64,000 nt of DNA from Tubulanus polymorphus (GCF_964204645.1 NC_134031.1:992001-1056000), one strand, 5' to 3'; positions 27,601 through 43,248 are shown, numbered from the stretch's first letter. The notes: generated from the letters alone by a model not told the origin. Made by a program: numbers and translations.

Positions 27601-28690
27601 CGGTATTATTTCGGGTTTAGAAGTTTGTCTAGTATGAGACAGTGGTGAATGAGTTGACCAGTCAGCTGCGGTGACTACTTGTCAATTCATTGACAGCACC
27701 CTAACCTCAATTTTTCTTATCGATAGTAAGTTAAGCTACGCGAAGTGCTGCTGCTGCTAGTGCTGCTGTATTTAAGCTATATTTATCTACATTTAGCCTG
27801 AAAACCAAACAAAAATATAACTCTATGCCATCCGTGTATTATACACACGCAGCGCTATATGACATCAATATGACGAACACCAGTTCAAAAATATTCAGTT
27901 TTGAAGTAGGCAGTTTGAAATTAATTTATCAATATATATGCATCACGGCGTTCAGCTTGAAGTGCATAATTATGCGAAAATTTCCAAGAATTTTTGTTTA
28001 CTTTCAAACGGCAAGGAGTTTTATATTTATTGTATCAAAAGCTAATTGGCGGGTCCCTGATGTTTTACGAGAAAAGCTGCCAGCTTTTGAAACGTACTTT
28101 TCTGACGTGGAACTATTCGATTTACGTCGCTTTGATTCGTTTTCTATACTAAAAAGAGATTTCTGAAATAAAGGTGTGACTGATAGCGGCAGCTATTTAT
28201 GAAAACACCAACTATAGAATCTCACAAGTACACTAGAAACAGTCAGATAGGTTTGCTTCAGCCTAAGGAAAGATTTCCGCGTTTTTACCGTGGGATTTCA
28301 CAACACGGACTCAGAGTGTTTCATCGATGGTTATTATGAAAACGTAAACTTGAATTCCACTTTCGGCATAGCGATCTATTACGACACTGTAAACCGTTAA
28401 TCAATTAGATAAATATAGTACTTAGACACATGGAAATGAATTACTATTAATCTATAAATGGTATTAGTTTTCACTCGACTAACAACACATAAACAGCTGG
28501 TATATGCCGTCTACTCATAGTTTTTAACGATCGGATTTGAACAACCTTCGATGTGAATATTCCTTTCCAAAACTGTTATGATCCGTAAAAACCAGTGATT
28601 ATATGATACAGGTTTTTAATTTCATGCGTGGCGCATTATCGATAATTTTGGAAGTAGATTAAAACGAAGCTTTTTAGTAAACTGCTCCTT

Positions 28691-28964
28691 ACTCGGTAGG
28701 GTTGGGACTGCTGTAAATATTTCACTGAGTTGAGAATCAGGGAACTCGGTAGCGTGTTGAGACTGCTGTAAATATTTCACCGAGTTGAGAATCAGGGAAC
28801 TCGGTAGCGTGTTGAGACTGCTGTAAATATTTCACCGAGTTGAGAATCAGGGAACTCGGTAGCGTGTTGAGACTGCTGTAAATATTTTACCGAGTTGAGA
28901 ATCAGGGAACTCGGTAGTGTTGGGACTTCTGTAAATATTTCACCGAGTTGAGAATCAGGGAACT
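28691..28964. repeat. 55-bp tandem repeat, 5 copies, each with an internal inverted repeat
   Basis: ACTCGGT starts at 28691, 28744, 28799, 28854 and 28909. Confidence 0.95.
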
Positions 28965-30011
28965 ACCTAAAATCACCAAGCCCTGAGATTGATTTATCGG
29001 GTTGGTCAGTACCGAGTGAACTGGAGTCTATCATTTATTCGACTATAACCGAATATTCAGGAATACATTCCTGCAATCAGAATAAATCATTAAATCGAAG
29101 ATAAATTTCGAATCCCTTTTTTCCTCTTTATAAACTTTTCAAACACGAATGTGCAGTGATTTTCACACGTATTCTAATTGTATAATCTGAAAGCCAGTTC
29201 ACCTCTAACGTACGTCATGTATAAACGCGATTTTGCTGAAACGAATGAATATTTGAACAGTAATATTGAATATGACCACATTATTGCTACAGTTCACACA
29301 AATTGACAATGAAAATCAATCGCTTCAGCTGCAGCTGTTTCAGTTTATCGATTCATTTCTAATTAACTATACAACACATTCTCAAAGTTCGATACAATGT
29401 TCACCTCGGTTCGATTTCGAAATACGTTTTGAATTCCTATTGTATTTCTATATCGCAATATTGGAATTATTTCTTTTACTCATTGGTATTGGCTCCCGTG
29501 GAGTTAGTTTCTGTTGGTTAGAGTTGATTCTGAGTTGAAATTAGTTCGTTTTCAATGAGTTAACTCTCTTGAGTCCGTTAGAACTGAACCCTGCGTAAAG
29601 TTTCATGAAAAGATTTAAAACGGTTAAGTTTGAACCCATTGAAAACATGAAGTTAGCAATATAGCGATATGAAATTTGAGTTTGACTATTTTGTGAAACT
29701 TGATTCAATTGTTAGTTTATCTGGAATAACATCATGCGGAATTTGACAAATCAGATTATATACCCCTACTTCTGTTACGCTATGTGCGTTTCATCATGTA
29801 TCACGTGATCCTCATGGATTTCTTCGTAGTTTTTTTATGATATTTTCATCAAATAAGACGGATGCGACTCTGGCACGCGACTACAACGACAACTTACCAA
29901 TCAGTTATGTAAATAAGGTGTTCTTGTCGTAGCGCTGTTCGACGTCGTAAGACAGAAAATTACTCTCGTTTTTTTCTACTGAATTAAACAATAAGATTCT
30001 GTTAAAAATCT

Positions 30012-30350
30012 TTAGTGCTGGAGTGCTGGAGTGTTGGAGCGCTGGAGTGCTAGAGTGTTGGAGTGTTGGAGCGCTGTAGCGCTGGAGTGTTGGAGTGCTG
30101 TAGCGCTGGAGTGTTGGGGTGCTGTAGTGCTGGAATGTTGGAGTGCTGTAGTGTTGGAGCGCTGGAGTGTTAGAGTGTTGGAGTGCTGGAGTGCTGGAGC
30201 GCTGTAGTACTGGAGTGTCTGTGTGTTGGAGTGTTGAGTGCTGGAGTGCTGGAGCATGGAGCGCTGTAGTACTGGAGTGTTGGTGTGTTGGAGTGTTGAG
30301 TGCTAGAGTGCTGGAGTTTTGGAGCGCTGAAGTACTGGAGCGCTTGAGTT
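30012..30350. repeat. Degenerate 8-bp repeat (GTGCTGGA/GTGTTGGA/GCGCTGTA)
   Basis: Direct inspection. Confidence 0.9.
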
Positions 30351-32438
30351 CTTAGTGTGGGTTTTCTATATATAACTTAAAGTAGTTGTCAAAGTGAAAT
30401 CTTTCTACAGACAAAAAGAAACGAACAGTTTTTGACGTTCCTAGGTAAATCGGATGAATTATGTGTGTAGATACTAGTGATGTGGTTAACTGAAAGCGTC
30501 TTACAAATCAAACCTGCCCAGGGAAATCACGACAATCTGAGCGCATTTACAGGCAAAAGACACGTCCATTTTGAGGTAATTAATTACGCGAAGACGTTAC
30601 TCGTGAAACAAATGACGCTTATTCACCTAAATAGCGCAAATTCTGTTATCTAGCCGTGTTCATTAGACATCAGTGTGGGAGCGACTGACGTTAAAACCTC
30701 GCTCCATTAACCTTAACTTTATTATAAACTGCGCACGTATTATTATAGTCTCCTAGTGAAATTTTGATGGAAACGTAAACTTCAAAGTCTCCTCTCTGAT
30801 TTCTAAGGAGAGTGTGTTCCAACAAAGACAGGAACAAATAGGAGCCCAATTATTGAACAGTCGTGACGTCTTGAAATTTAGAACTGGTTTAAAGTTGTTA
30901 GATTGACTATATAACTTTAATTGTCTTGAATCGAAGTTATTACTCTGCTACTGGGTCCTTGGTCCACAGTTCTGACGTGTTAGCTAAGGGTTTGACTAAT
31001 TAGAAATGAACTATTTTGACTATGGTTTCAAACTTATCAAAAATCTTTGGAACAAGGCCCTGAGTTAAAACCGATGAAAACAAAAAGAAAACCGGTAGAT
31101 CTTTTTACAAATAAACGTTAACCCGTTTAAACATCCCGCATTCCTGATTTAGAGTAAAGTACCGTGTATAGTTCGGAAAATAATAAGCTCTCCTCGTGGA
31201 TTGCTCGCGGTAGAGGGCTGCAGGAGTTCGGGCGTTGAAGATTCTCCTTTGAGAGTGTGATAAAATCGATATAGAGAAAGCTATGATAATTGTGTATTTA
31301 ATTGTGATCAGTTCACGTCTACAGATTTCCCTCCGTTGTCAATATATCAACACCACGATGTGCCGTTCGACCGGGTCCATGGTTCGTTACATCACTTCCC
31401 GATCAGCTGCCGTATACCTTCTCGACAGTATCTGTTTATCCTCCCATATTCAATCCACTAGTTCCCAATAGATAATAAATTCACTATCACCGATAACTGC
31501 TATCTCCGTATGATTTTTTACGTTGCTTTCGCGAAGGATAGCGTATCTCATGACGGATTCAATAGGACTAATGACTGCCAAATCCATTTAAAGAAAACCT
31601 ACAATTTTTACAAAAACTAAAAGAGCAGGTTTCGATTCAGTTTTGAAAATGGTCCAAAGAATTGAGTTGAAACGTCAAATACCATGCGCTCTAAGTTTGT
31701 CTGTAATTTGTGGGGTTTTCTCTTTCTGTTGTGGGTTGGTTCTACATTTCATTATCTCATAACTACGATATCGATACAAGAGTCTGACTGATATTTCCTG
31801 ATCTTTTCTATTTTCGTTGATTCATTTATTCTTAAAAAGAAAACAGAATCACTTATTCCAAACGGCTCAGTATATCATAGTTTATCGCGAAATACAATTT
31901 AAACGCGATAGGGTTGAAGGCTGTAGCTCAGGTCATTTCATTCCGTCAAAACAAATTCATGTAAAATCCATCAACAACTCAGCAAAGAATGAGAAAATAT
32001 AAAGTCATTTAATTTCAGAAATTCAGCGCTATATGCGTCGCCCAAAGTAAAATGGATTTCGAATGCAAAATGCTTTAAAAGTATAATCACATTCCGTCGT
32101 CCATTAGAGGTACCTTCAGGATTCTTAGTACATATACACATTTATACTGGAATTATATATGAAGGATATATTGACAATTTGTCAGTAATGATGGGATACG
32201 TATGGACTAATGCAGTAGCATGAGACTCAGTAAAGATTTCTTTCCTCTCGGAATCCTGCATGTTGTATATACTGATTCTATTGATATTAGTCGCAGGTCT
32301 GTTCCCATCTACTGTCAATTCAGTCGTTGAATTAGTGACATGAAGTGCCCAGTTTTTCCCTACTCGTCATTTGTATCAGCTGCTAGTGCAAAATATGATT
32401 TTATTAGTTGGACTGTTGCGGTGTGATTACACCGCTAC

Positions 32439-32831
<393 letters not shown>

Positions 32832-33633
32832 AAACATCGATAGGGAATGATGATATGAGATGAGTTTTAGGAAGGTTTGATATCGAATTTAGCATAGACC
32901 CTTCCGTTATCCGTATTCCACTGTACGACACAAATTAATTACAAAAAATGTGTATTGTACTGTTATGACCATTGATGTATTACTACTCTGAGCCCGTGAA
33001 GGCAACCGAATCCTGATAAACCAAGAAAGCGCCCGTTTAGAAACGGTAAACTGTGTAAGTCATGTAATGTAACGCGGTTTTTCGTGTCAGTTAATAAGAA
33101 TCAAGAGGCACTGCGCTATAACTACTGTCGAGCGCTCATCGTGTGGTACTTACCAGACGAGTTGTGCTACAGTCGTTTCTAAACGAGTTGAATCGAGCGC
33201 TACTCGCTGACAGTTTCACTATCGACCGCTCTTTCTTTTTTATCGAAGATTACTCGGTGTTTGTTGATATCTTTGATATTCTACATTAAAGCCTTTTGTA
33301 GTCGATCAATCCGAAAATAACGTGACCCCTTTTCATAAAAATAGCGTATGGAAATTGATTCCTTGTTGGCGCTAAGCAAATCTAAAAATAAAATTTAAAG
33401 CCTCAATATCGATGCTGTTTTGATACGCGGGTATTCGGATGGGTATCTTTGTGGAAACTGGAGCTGTATCTATACTGTCTTATGAACGTGATGGATATCA
33501 AGATACCACTTCAGTCACAGTGAAAACACCGTGAGGCAGTGAACCATTTTACAAGTGGAACTTGTCGCGATCAAAGTCTGTGATACAATTGATTCTATGA
33601 GGAATTTCTCTTTAAAAACGTTTTTACCGTGTC

Positions 33634-34031
33634 ACTCTTTCTTCTTTCTATAACCTTACTCTTCTCTCTTCTCAGTTCCCTCTCCCCTTTCCTTTTTCCT
33701 CCCTCCTCTCTCCTCTCCCCTCTCTCTTCTCTCTCCTCTCCCCTCTCTCTTCTCACTTCCCTATCTCGGCCCTCTTTCTCTCTCTTCTCTCTGTCATCTC
33801 CCGTTTCCTTTTTCCTCTCTCCCCTCTCTCTTCTCTCTCCTCTCCCCGCTTCTCTCCTCTCTCCTCTCTCTTCTCTTCTCTCTCCTCTCTCTTCTCTCTC
33901 CTCTCCCCGCTTCTCTCCTCTCTCCTCTCTCTTCTCTTCTCTCTCCCCTCTCCCCTCTCTCCTCTCCCCTCTCTCTTCTCTCCCCTCTCTCCCCTCTCTC
34001 CTCTCTCTTCTCTCTCCTCTCCCCGCTTCTC
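33634..34031. repeat. Low-complexity polypyrimidine tract (similar tracts at 16953-17220, 39546-39740, 46460-46601)
   Basis: Almost entirely C/T on the + strand. Confidence 0.92.
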
Positions 34032-34049
34032 ACGCATTTTTCCATCGTC

Positions 34050-34190
34050 TGCCGAGTCGAGCGTGTCACAACGATGGCGCATGCGCATTCTGCAATGTCG
34101 CCGGTGTGTCGTCAGCTGTGAGGCGGTGCACGGTAGCGCGGTGTTGAGTACGCACGTATTTACTGGTACTGACTGTTAGTCGCCGGTAAA
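34050..34190 (+). promoter_or_regulatory. Putative promoter with NRF1-type palindrome GCGCATGCGC
   Basis: GCGCATGCGC at ~34077-34086 in a CpG-rich patch, after a 400-bp polypyrimidine tract and upstream of candidate exon 34524. Confidence 0.4.
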
Positions 34191-34523
34191 CTTATATTGA
34201 CGTAATCTGAAGAGTGGGAGAGAGAGAGAGAGAGAGATATGTAGTCATTAGGTCGTATATATATTTATACATACTCTATACACGTACGACCATGCCATCG
34301 TGACGCTGGATATATTATGTCCAACTGTTAAAACACTCGAAAATATGATCACGTAGCAAAAAATCGCAGCCACATTCTGACAGACAGAACCTGTACCTGT
34401 TTAGCGCAAGATATGCTTCTAATGGATTATCTATAAAAGAATGATGAAAAGAACAATCGCGCCGCTTCGATGCATCGGATAAAGTAGAAGTTTTGATTTA
34501 TTTCGTTAGTCGTAAAGTTAGTA

Positions 34524-34578
34524 ATGATGACGAACAGGGGTTATATAGACGACGATTTCGGCTCCGGGCAACGAGGAG
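34524..34578 (+). CDS. Candidate first coding exon MMTNRGYIDDDFGSGQRG (phase 1), in frame with exon 62850
   Basis: ATG follows an in-frame upstream TGA (34494); strong donor GAG|GTAAGA; 55 nt = 18 codons + 1. Promoter-like region ~450 bp upstream. Confidence 0.5.
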
Positions 34579-37500
34579 GTAAGATTCAAAATCTAGCATT
34601 CTAGTTTATAATGACGGGGGCGATTTACAATAAATACCGATTATGGAATCTTTAAAAAGACACTGTTTACTGCAAAGTGCGAAGTAAATAATACATATAT
34701 TTATCCGAAAGGTCTTTTCCGTGTAGATATATATCATTATACATTATATCTATCATATATAGATATTGAAAGTATAAAATCTTTACGCACAGTTCGTTAC
34801 ATTACATTCACGTAATTCTCGTATCAGAGTTTGGACGGGAGGTGAATTTTTAGAAACTTGTTGAGTGATGCGAGACTCAGTTTTATAGCCGCCGATTGTT
34901 TTCCATAGAAAATTAGCCGTCTAGAAATTCACTAAAATTTCGACATTTTCATAATCTGAAGTTTTGGCTTATGAAATTGAGGCGAAACGCTAATACTATC
35001 CTTTTATTGTATTTTTCTGTGCGTATTCTTTGTACAATTACTTTAAAGCAGTTTATATTTTATCGGGGTTTGTGTTTTTGCATATAGTTAATTATCCTAC
35101 ACAGATTTGAGGCTATGCATCGATTGCACAACGATAGGAAGCGAGTCTATAATGTTTTCTCATTAGTAATATTTCATTCCGCCGGTTTTTATCCCATCAG
35201 ATGCGTTTATCATATATACGAATAGAATATTTTGCACGAGTCATTATCAATATACTCGTACGGATATATTGGCTATAAATAGGCTGATGTATATATGGTG
35301 TACCTGGCGCGAGTTTAATTCGACAAATTGAAGGCGGATGATGGTTCTATCCCCATCGCAACTCGTCGCATCCACAGACTCATGGAGTATTGGTTGACAT
35401 TAGGTATTAGCGATGAAGTTCCATTAAGACTTGAACGACGGTAGATTGAATACTTGAATACGAGTAAATTAAATCACTAAGGTATATACGTGTGCCGCAC
35501 GTATTCAGGGTATATACCGAATATATAATGTAATATATTGAATATATATAGAGAAGGGCTTCCCGCTCTCTCTCCCTCTCTCTATCTCTCTCTCTCTCTG
35601 TGTCCCTCTCACCGGGCGCCTGTTTGTTATTATTATATGCTGAGGGTAATAATAAAATTCTGGTTCGATAAAAAATGCTCGAACATTTATTCAGCTGACA
35701 TCATTTAATCAAAAGCGCCTCTTCGCGGCTGTGAAGGGTATGAAATGTGCGGTCATTTGACATCAAATTACAAGGCGTAATATTTCGATTGAACCAGGAC
35801 TAGTTTGGGGGGGGGGGTAAATGATGAGGACGGAGTTTGACGGTTCTCGGTCAAATGTTAAAATTGTTTTAATTAGTTTCAGTCAAATTTCTACCGTAAA
35901 CTAAACCCTGCCCGTCAAAATTTCATTTACATCATTTCGACGGTAAGAGAGGACTTTGCACAAAGGTCCATATTAATTCTAGGATTGTTTTGTTGCGGAT
36001 GCGTATTATGAGGCGCTTTCTTGCGTAGATGATTTTTTTTGAAATTGCAGTCGTTATTTTCTGTCCCCGGGTGAAATTTACGATGACTTTGATCGACTAG
36101 CGACGCGGCAACATTAAGTTCAGATCCGCGAAAAAGCACCACTTTAAAACCTACTTATCGCCGACGCGCCGAGGCGGCTGTGTATTGTACGTCGATATAG
36201 ACATCACCAATAATTCATTAGATAGTCAATAGATTAGAGCGAGAATTACGCCTATTTACTGTCGTGAAGTATTCGATGTGTTATATGTTTTATACGAGAT
36301 CTCACCGAACGGCCAGCTGTGTCGTCTGTTGTTGCCGATCTCTGTATAGTGTTTTTCGAAATACGCGAGCGATATAGCGATAACGATTGAAAACGCCTTT
36401 CCGATTTCTATTCATCCGTCTTCGATACGCTTTTTTTTATGTCAAATAAATCGAACGTTCGTTTGTTCGTCTGGCGCGCGATCGATGAGCAGCGATTGTT
36501 ACACGTGTAAATTGATCGGTTGATCGATCATTCACGGATCCTTTCATTCTAAAAGAATTCTCAAGGTCGTCGTTATTTGAGCGGTCCAACCGTCTCGAGA
36601 ACGAGACGAGAAAACTAATTTCCTACGGGTGATTTGAAACGTTATGTTGAGATCGATATTTGAATCGTGTTTTCTTTTAAACGGAAGATTTTATTAACAC
36701 GTCTACGAATGCCGCTGTAACTACCGATATTCAACAGATCAGATATATACATCAGTGCATTAAAGTTAAAAGACATTTCCAAGTTTCCGACGGTTAATCT
36801 CGATAAATAGAACGCCGGAATCGTCTGCAGAAAGTGAAATAAAAGTCAATTACGAGTGTATTACTGGAATGTCGTACTTTCAGCAATTTGATGATGACTG
36901 CGCGCGCACACGAGGCATTCGGGACAAGTTAGTTTATCTAAACGGCTGGTAATATAATAAACCGGACCTTTAACGGTCGCAGAGTCGTAACGATGTTCCG
37001 ATCCTTTATGCCGTCGCAAATTGTCCAGGGACAAAAAGGCAACTTTCCACGGCAGTTCTCAGCGTATTGCGAACCTGATTTGCAGTTCAGTTAGTTCGAC
37101 AGCGAATCCTTCCTTGTCCTGTACATGTATTCTAATTAAATGTCTTAAGCTTGTACTTATTTTCTAAAAGCTCGTAATAAAGCTCCATCGGGTTATACCT
37201 GTCGAGTAATTAGAGTATGGGTAGGAAGGCTTTCATTGCTATATAATCGTCCATATTGGACTGATATTCATTTCATTATTCAGCGTCGTTGCAGATGAGA
37301 AATCCATTTCTGCGTGATATACAGATTGCTTTAATACTAATTGGAAATGCTAGAATATATACTAACAATAAAACTGTTATGAATCCAGGGAAAACAGGCC
37401 TCAAATCGTGAATCATTTGTTTTTTCGCCTTCTATTGTCGGTCAAATAAGTAATGACTTATGACTTTATGAGGTTTGTAAATCCCCCGAGTGGCGGTTAT

Positions 37501-38515
37501 ATAGGTTATGCGGCTATAGGTCGTTGTATCTGGTTAGGAATTATTCACAAGATTCTGAAACGATCCTGGTAAAACCACGTTCAATACGGGCAGAAAGAAA
37601 TGATATTCACTTGCTATAAATCGAAGTCCATCACTAAGTTTGAACGGTGATCTATTCTATACGGTTATAGTTTGCTGAATACAGCGTGTGACCCGCGGCT
37701 TGTTGCTGAATATTCTTCTTCAAGTCGATATTCATTTCTCATATTATCTACCGACCGAGCGCAATTCACCGCTACTGCACTGCTGATTAATTTGCATAAA
37801 CACGTCACGTGATGAATATTGTCGTCGTGCGGTAGGATTACTATTTTTTCTTGCAATATTCTCGACTCGATGTGGTCTTAATGAACGTAATGCGATCTAC
37901 GCAGAGCGCACCGAATCACTGAAACTGATTAAATTCAACGATATGAACTTCACGAGATATTTTTGCACTCGGTAATTGATACATCTACGTGTTTATAACA
38001 TACATTCCCATACTTACAATGCAAATGATCTGAGATGTTTCCTTGAGTTTATACTCTATATTCTTATTATGTATATCTGAAATACCTTGAAACTTTGAAT
38101 TGAAATTATACATATCTTCAGGAACAGTTCATGAATAGGGTTATAAGAATTATGAGATATGTTAACGGTCCAGAACAAAGGGACTAGATAAGATGTGATA
38201 CAAACTAGGGGTAAAAGATGGACATAAAGCAAAATGTTAAGGGGTATTTACATCGATGAGATAGAAAGAGGGGGCAGTAGAGAGAATTCGTCGTTTGATT
38301 ATCCGCACTCATTTTTATTGTATCAGTGATTATGTTGTTTACGTGGCGGTTATTTACAATGTTTACCTCGGGTTTCGGGGCAAATGTTGCGGTTTCATAA
38401 TAACCGCTTTTAGACAAATGATATATAAATATAGATATAAATATATATCTATAAATATAAATATATCTATAAGCACTCTTCAACTGAATATGACGCGACT
38501 CATCTAGTATATGTA

Positions 38516-38736
<221 letters not shown>

Positions 38737-39277
38737 TAGATTTATTTTAGCACTGAAATTATAGATCACAGGAAAATGGCGGCTTTCCTTTTACGAGTAA
38801 AGAAATCAATCTATCAACATCTATTCATATAAGTATGTCGTGTAAAGAGAAGTGATGTTTGAAGATCGATTGTAACGAACCTACGGTCGTCAATGAACCC
38901 CTCGAGCTGCAGTATCGTCGTCTCCAAACGAGCAATAATTCAATCGATTTGAACTCGAGCCAGAAATGTTTCGTTTGAATTGCGATCAATAATTTATACC
39001 CGACAGCCGACAGCCTTTTCTTATCAGTAAACAGTATAGTTTATTAGTAACAGCCTATAAAACGTATAACCTTTCATCGAATGGAGTTCCAGTAGAAATT
39101 AATGAACTCAATCGATTTTCGTCTGAGGCTGTACAATTTTTTTTCTTTGTAATTTTCTGAAGAAATGAATTATTGGAAGTATCTATTACAGTGAATCATC
39201 TGACTAGCAACTCGAATGGTGTTTTCATGAGTCGCCAGAACCAAATTAAACTCACAGGACTGTGGAACTGCAGCCAG

Positions 39278-39315
<38 letters not shown>

Positions 39316-40948
39316 TCAGTGCCGTACCTGCTCCTTCCGCCTTACGCGCAGATAGCAGGTTTCCATTACACGTATCACTGTCGTCTTTACCGCAGAAAAA
39401 AACTCCATCTTCATCATCGACACGAGTATAAGAGGACGATACGATGAGCGGCTATTGTAAATTATTCAGCGGTAGAACTCGTCCTTGTTGCCGTAAAGCT
39501 TCATCGAATTCAAAGCTTTGACATGATTGCGCATTTAGCTGGCAGCCTCTCCCAGTCCTCCCCTAGTCCTCCCCTCTCCCCGTCCTCCCCTCTCCCAGTG
39601 TTCCCCTCTCCCAGTCCTCCCCTTTCCCCGTCCTCCCCTCTCCCAGTCCTCCCCTCTCCCCGTCCTCCCCTCTCCAGTCCTCCCCTCTCCAGTCCTCCCC
39701 TCTCCCCATCCTCCCCTCTCCCCGTCCTCCCCTCTCCCCGTGTGCGTTGTCCATCCTTTCTTCCAGATGCAAATATTATACATTTTTCTATCTCGATATA
39801 CTGATTTTAAGACGCGTGTCGTAGATAGGAACAGGTAGTTATTATTTGTCTAAATAAATTGGTTTTTCTCAGCGATGTGTCGCGCATTATCAGCAGCCGA
39901 CATATTGTACCATTATCGGGTGATATCGTATCATTTAGAATTCATTACTAAAACGCAGATTCCAGTTCCGCCGTTTTCGAGTTTGAAATCATGGTACATT
40001 TCGAATGTTTTAACACAAATCAACCCCTAAATCGAGAAACTGTAGAACGGGTTCGGATCTTCAAACTAGAATCTAGACATTTATCAGGATTTCTGATAAT
40101 TTAGTGTGTATCGTGTGATGCTCATTTAAAAGTTTCAAAAACTGCCCGCACACCGTACACGAGAGGTGTGACTGCACGTGACCGCATACGTGAGCTGTGA
40201 CCGCACACGATAGCTGTGCATGTATTCTTCCGAAAATGAAAATACTTTAAACGGTGTTCATTTTTGCATGACGGAACCGAAACAGACAATCGATCAAGTG
40301 ACACTAGTGGGGCCTGTCTGTCCCCCCGAGGGTAGGCGAACCTATAATCAATAATAGTTTGATTGATTAGCCATCTATTACCTCACCCCTGACGACTCGC
40401 TGCTTTGATTGTTTTATTAGCATAAATTTGCCATTTAGTTAATTGACTAGAAGCAGCAGAAGCAATGAAATTCGCACCATCATTTACAACCAGTCGATTC
40501 CGTGCACTGAGTGCGAGAGAAAACGAAAACTAGCGAGATTCAAATAGATTTATTTCATGGAGGAGAGAACTATTTACTGGAGACTCATGCTAGCTGTTAG
40601 ACGCGCAATAAACTGATTTGTCTAAAGTGCGCGTTTCTACATTTCTCGTCGACGCAACGCGTAAAATTCGTGTTTTAGATATCTCACGAAAAACGATAAA
40701 TAATTACCGCAACAGACATTCGAGTACTTCGGTCACATCCGCGCGGCAACGAATTTCCTAGAATTTCGAACGTATAAAAACAAAATGTACTGTTTATATC
40801 ATCAATTTGAGGACAAAATGAAACATTATAACGACATCAAAAAGACAGTGTAATATAATTCTTTGATTAGATATTTTGAAACAGAAATTATAATAAATGT
40901 AATTTAGAGTATGGTTGATAGAGATATAATACTTGAGAACGTACTAAT

Positions 40949-41551
40949 GTGAACTGGTGTTGGTTTTAGGTGTAACTGGTTTTAGTGTTAGGTGTAACTG
41001 GTGTTAGTGTTAGGTGTAACTGGTGTTAGTGTTAGGTGTAACTGGTGTTAGTGTTAGGTATAACTGGTGTTAGTGTTAGGTGTAACTGGTGTTAGTGTTA
41101 GGTGTAACTGGTGTTAGTGTTAGGTGTAACTGGTGTTAGTGTTAGGTATAACTGGTGTTAGTGTTAGGTGTAACTGGTGTTAGTGTTAGGTGTAACTGGT
41201 GTTAGTGTTAGGTGTAACTGGTGTTAGTGTTAGGTATAACTGGTGTTAGTGTTAGGTGTAACTGGTGTTAGTGTTAGGTGTAACTGGTGTTAGTGTTAGG
41301 TATAACTGGTGTTAGTGTAAGGTGTAACTGGTGTTAGTGTTAGGTATAACTGGTGTTAGTGTTAGGTGTAACTGGTGTTAGTGTTAGGTGTAACTGGTGT
41401 TAGTGTTAGGTATAACTGGTGTTAGTGTTAGGTGTAACTGGTGTTAGTGTTAGGTGTAACTGGTGTTAGTGTTAGGTGTAACTGGTGTTAGTGTTAGGTG
41501 TAACTGGTGTTAGTGTTAGGTGTAACTGGTGTTAGTGTTAGGTGGTACTGG
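40949..41551. repeat. 22-bp minisatellite, ~27 copies (GGTRTAACTGGTGTTAGTGTTA)
   Basis: Period 22 counted directly. Confidence 0.95.
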
Positions 41552-43119
41552 TAGAGTCAATAACAAAGTCGACCAGTGAATAAACGTTTTCTTTGTCAAT
41601 TCAAATCATTGATTTCATAATTCGAATGACACAATCGGATATATGAATGACCTTGACACTGAGCTCAGCTCGCCAGTAATTCGATGTTTACGAGCGACCG
41701 ATCTGAACCGATTCAATTGACTGAACTGGTTTTTACTTCCGGTTTAAAATGAATATATCAACTCTACTGCGCTTGCGCACGCCTCGCGCTGTGTGAAGCT
41801 GCTTATAAAATCTGACAGAAAATAAAAGATAAAAGAGAGCATCGCCGTTCAAAATTCCATGTGACTAGACTGAGTGTAAATCATTGATACTTTATTGGCT
41901 GTAGTGCACACCGTTTATTAGCTCGCTCGCTCGGGACATTTTGTTGACGTGTGTACAAGTTGTCTCTTTCGCTTCACTTGTAAATAGAAGTTGACGCATT
42001 GAACGATGATCCTGGAGGCCCAGTATCTAAATAATCAGTGGTTACCCACACTTACTCATTTTCGTATATAGAACTTGTGCAATTCGAACACACAAAACGA
42101 TACGTTAATTCTAGATCATGTTCCATTTTGAAATTCAGCAGGGAAAATATATATCAATAGAACTCACTTAAATCGATAGCTTATATTTCACTCATAGACG
42201 TAGTGGGCGACTGTATCATATACTATAAAAACATACATTGATTTTCATATTGAAAGCCTGTTTTTGTGCTGGCGTCTTTTATAGCGTGAAAGTGGACAAA
42301 TTCAGGTCAACGAGGACAATATCGAATCCATTCAGGGATCAACAAACAAAATCGGTCCTCGCAGGACAGCAATCTTCTTTCTGATTCGTCTCAGATTTAA
42401 CTCATAAGACCGATCAGAGATAATCTTGAAAATAGATTATTCAAATATAAGATGGATAACCAAGAATTAGATTTTCCAAAATTGTCATGGACAAAATGTC
42501 CGCTCATTGAGTGAATGGCAATGTTTAAATCTCCCCGGTTTCTCATTGATGAATCAGTCGCTATCGGGTGTAGAAATAACGAGGTAAATATATACCCACA
42601 ATCAGATATAATATCCCTCGATCGAACAATCATAGATAGCTTGAGAGAGGAGAGAGAGGAGAGAGAGAGGAGAGATGGCTTCGTGATATAATTCTATAAA
42701 CTGTCGTAAGTGCGGCTAATCGATCCAATTCACGCCTAATAATTCATAAATGTTATTGCTGGAAGCGAGATGCTGATTTCTGTTCCTCCTAACATCAGTC
42801 GTCTGTCGAAACCAGAGTGTATGTGTATCCGGTCTGCGCCGTCGGGCGACTGCGCAGTTCTACCGGAAGTCAGTCCTCGTACGACACAATATACTCATTA
42901 CAACGCGAAATCCTGTATTCGAAAGGCTGCGAATTCCCGTGATAGATTTATGAAATGTATCGTCGACGCCCAATCAGCATCGAATTAATACATATATCGT
43001 AAAGATATTAATTAATAAAATAGTTTAGTGATCTACGGAGTGATAAAACTGTATCGAAAGTTAATCATATACAGTGCCTTCTATACACTTTACTATCAGC
43101 GCCTGTGAATGATGTCCTG

Positions 43120-43248
43120 GGCCCAGTTTCACGAAAAAGTGTAAGCTTAAAACGGCTAAGTTTGAATTGTTGTCCTCATTGAAAACATGAAGTAACCATT
43201 GGCAATTAAACCAAAAATTCGAGTTTAACTTTTTTGTGAAACCGAGCC
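43120..43248. mobile_element. MITE with CTG target-site duplication, second family
   Basis: TIRs GGCCCAGTTTCACGAAAAAGT / GGCTCGGTTTCACAAAAAAGT (18/21 match); CTG flanks; decayed relatives at ~29599-29700 and ~47459-47555. Confidence 0.8.
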
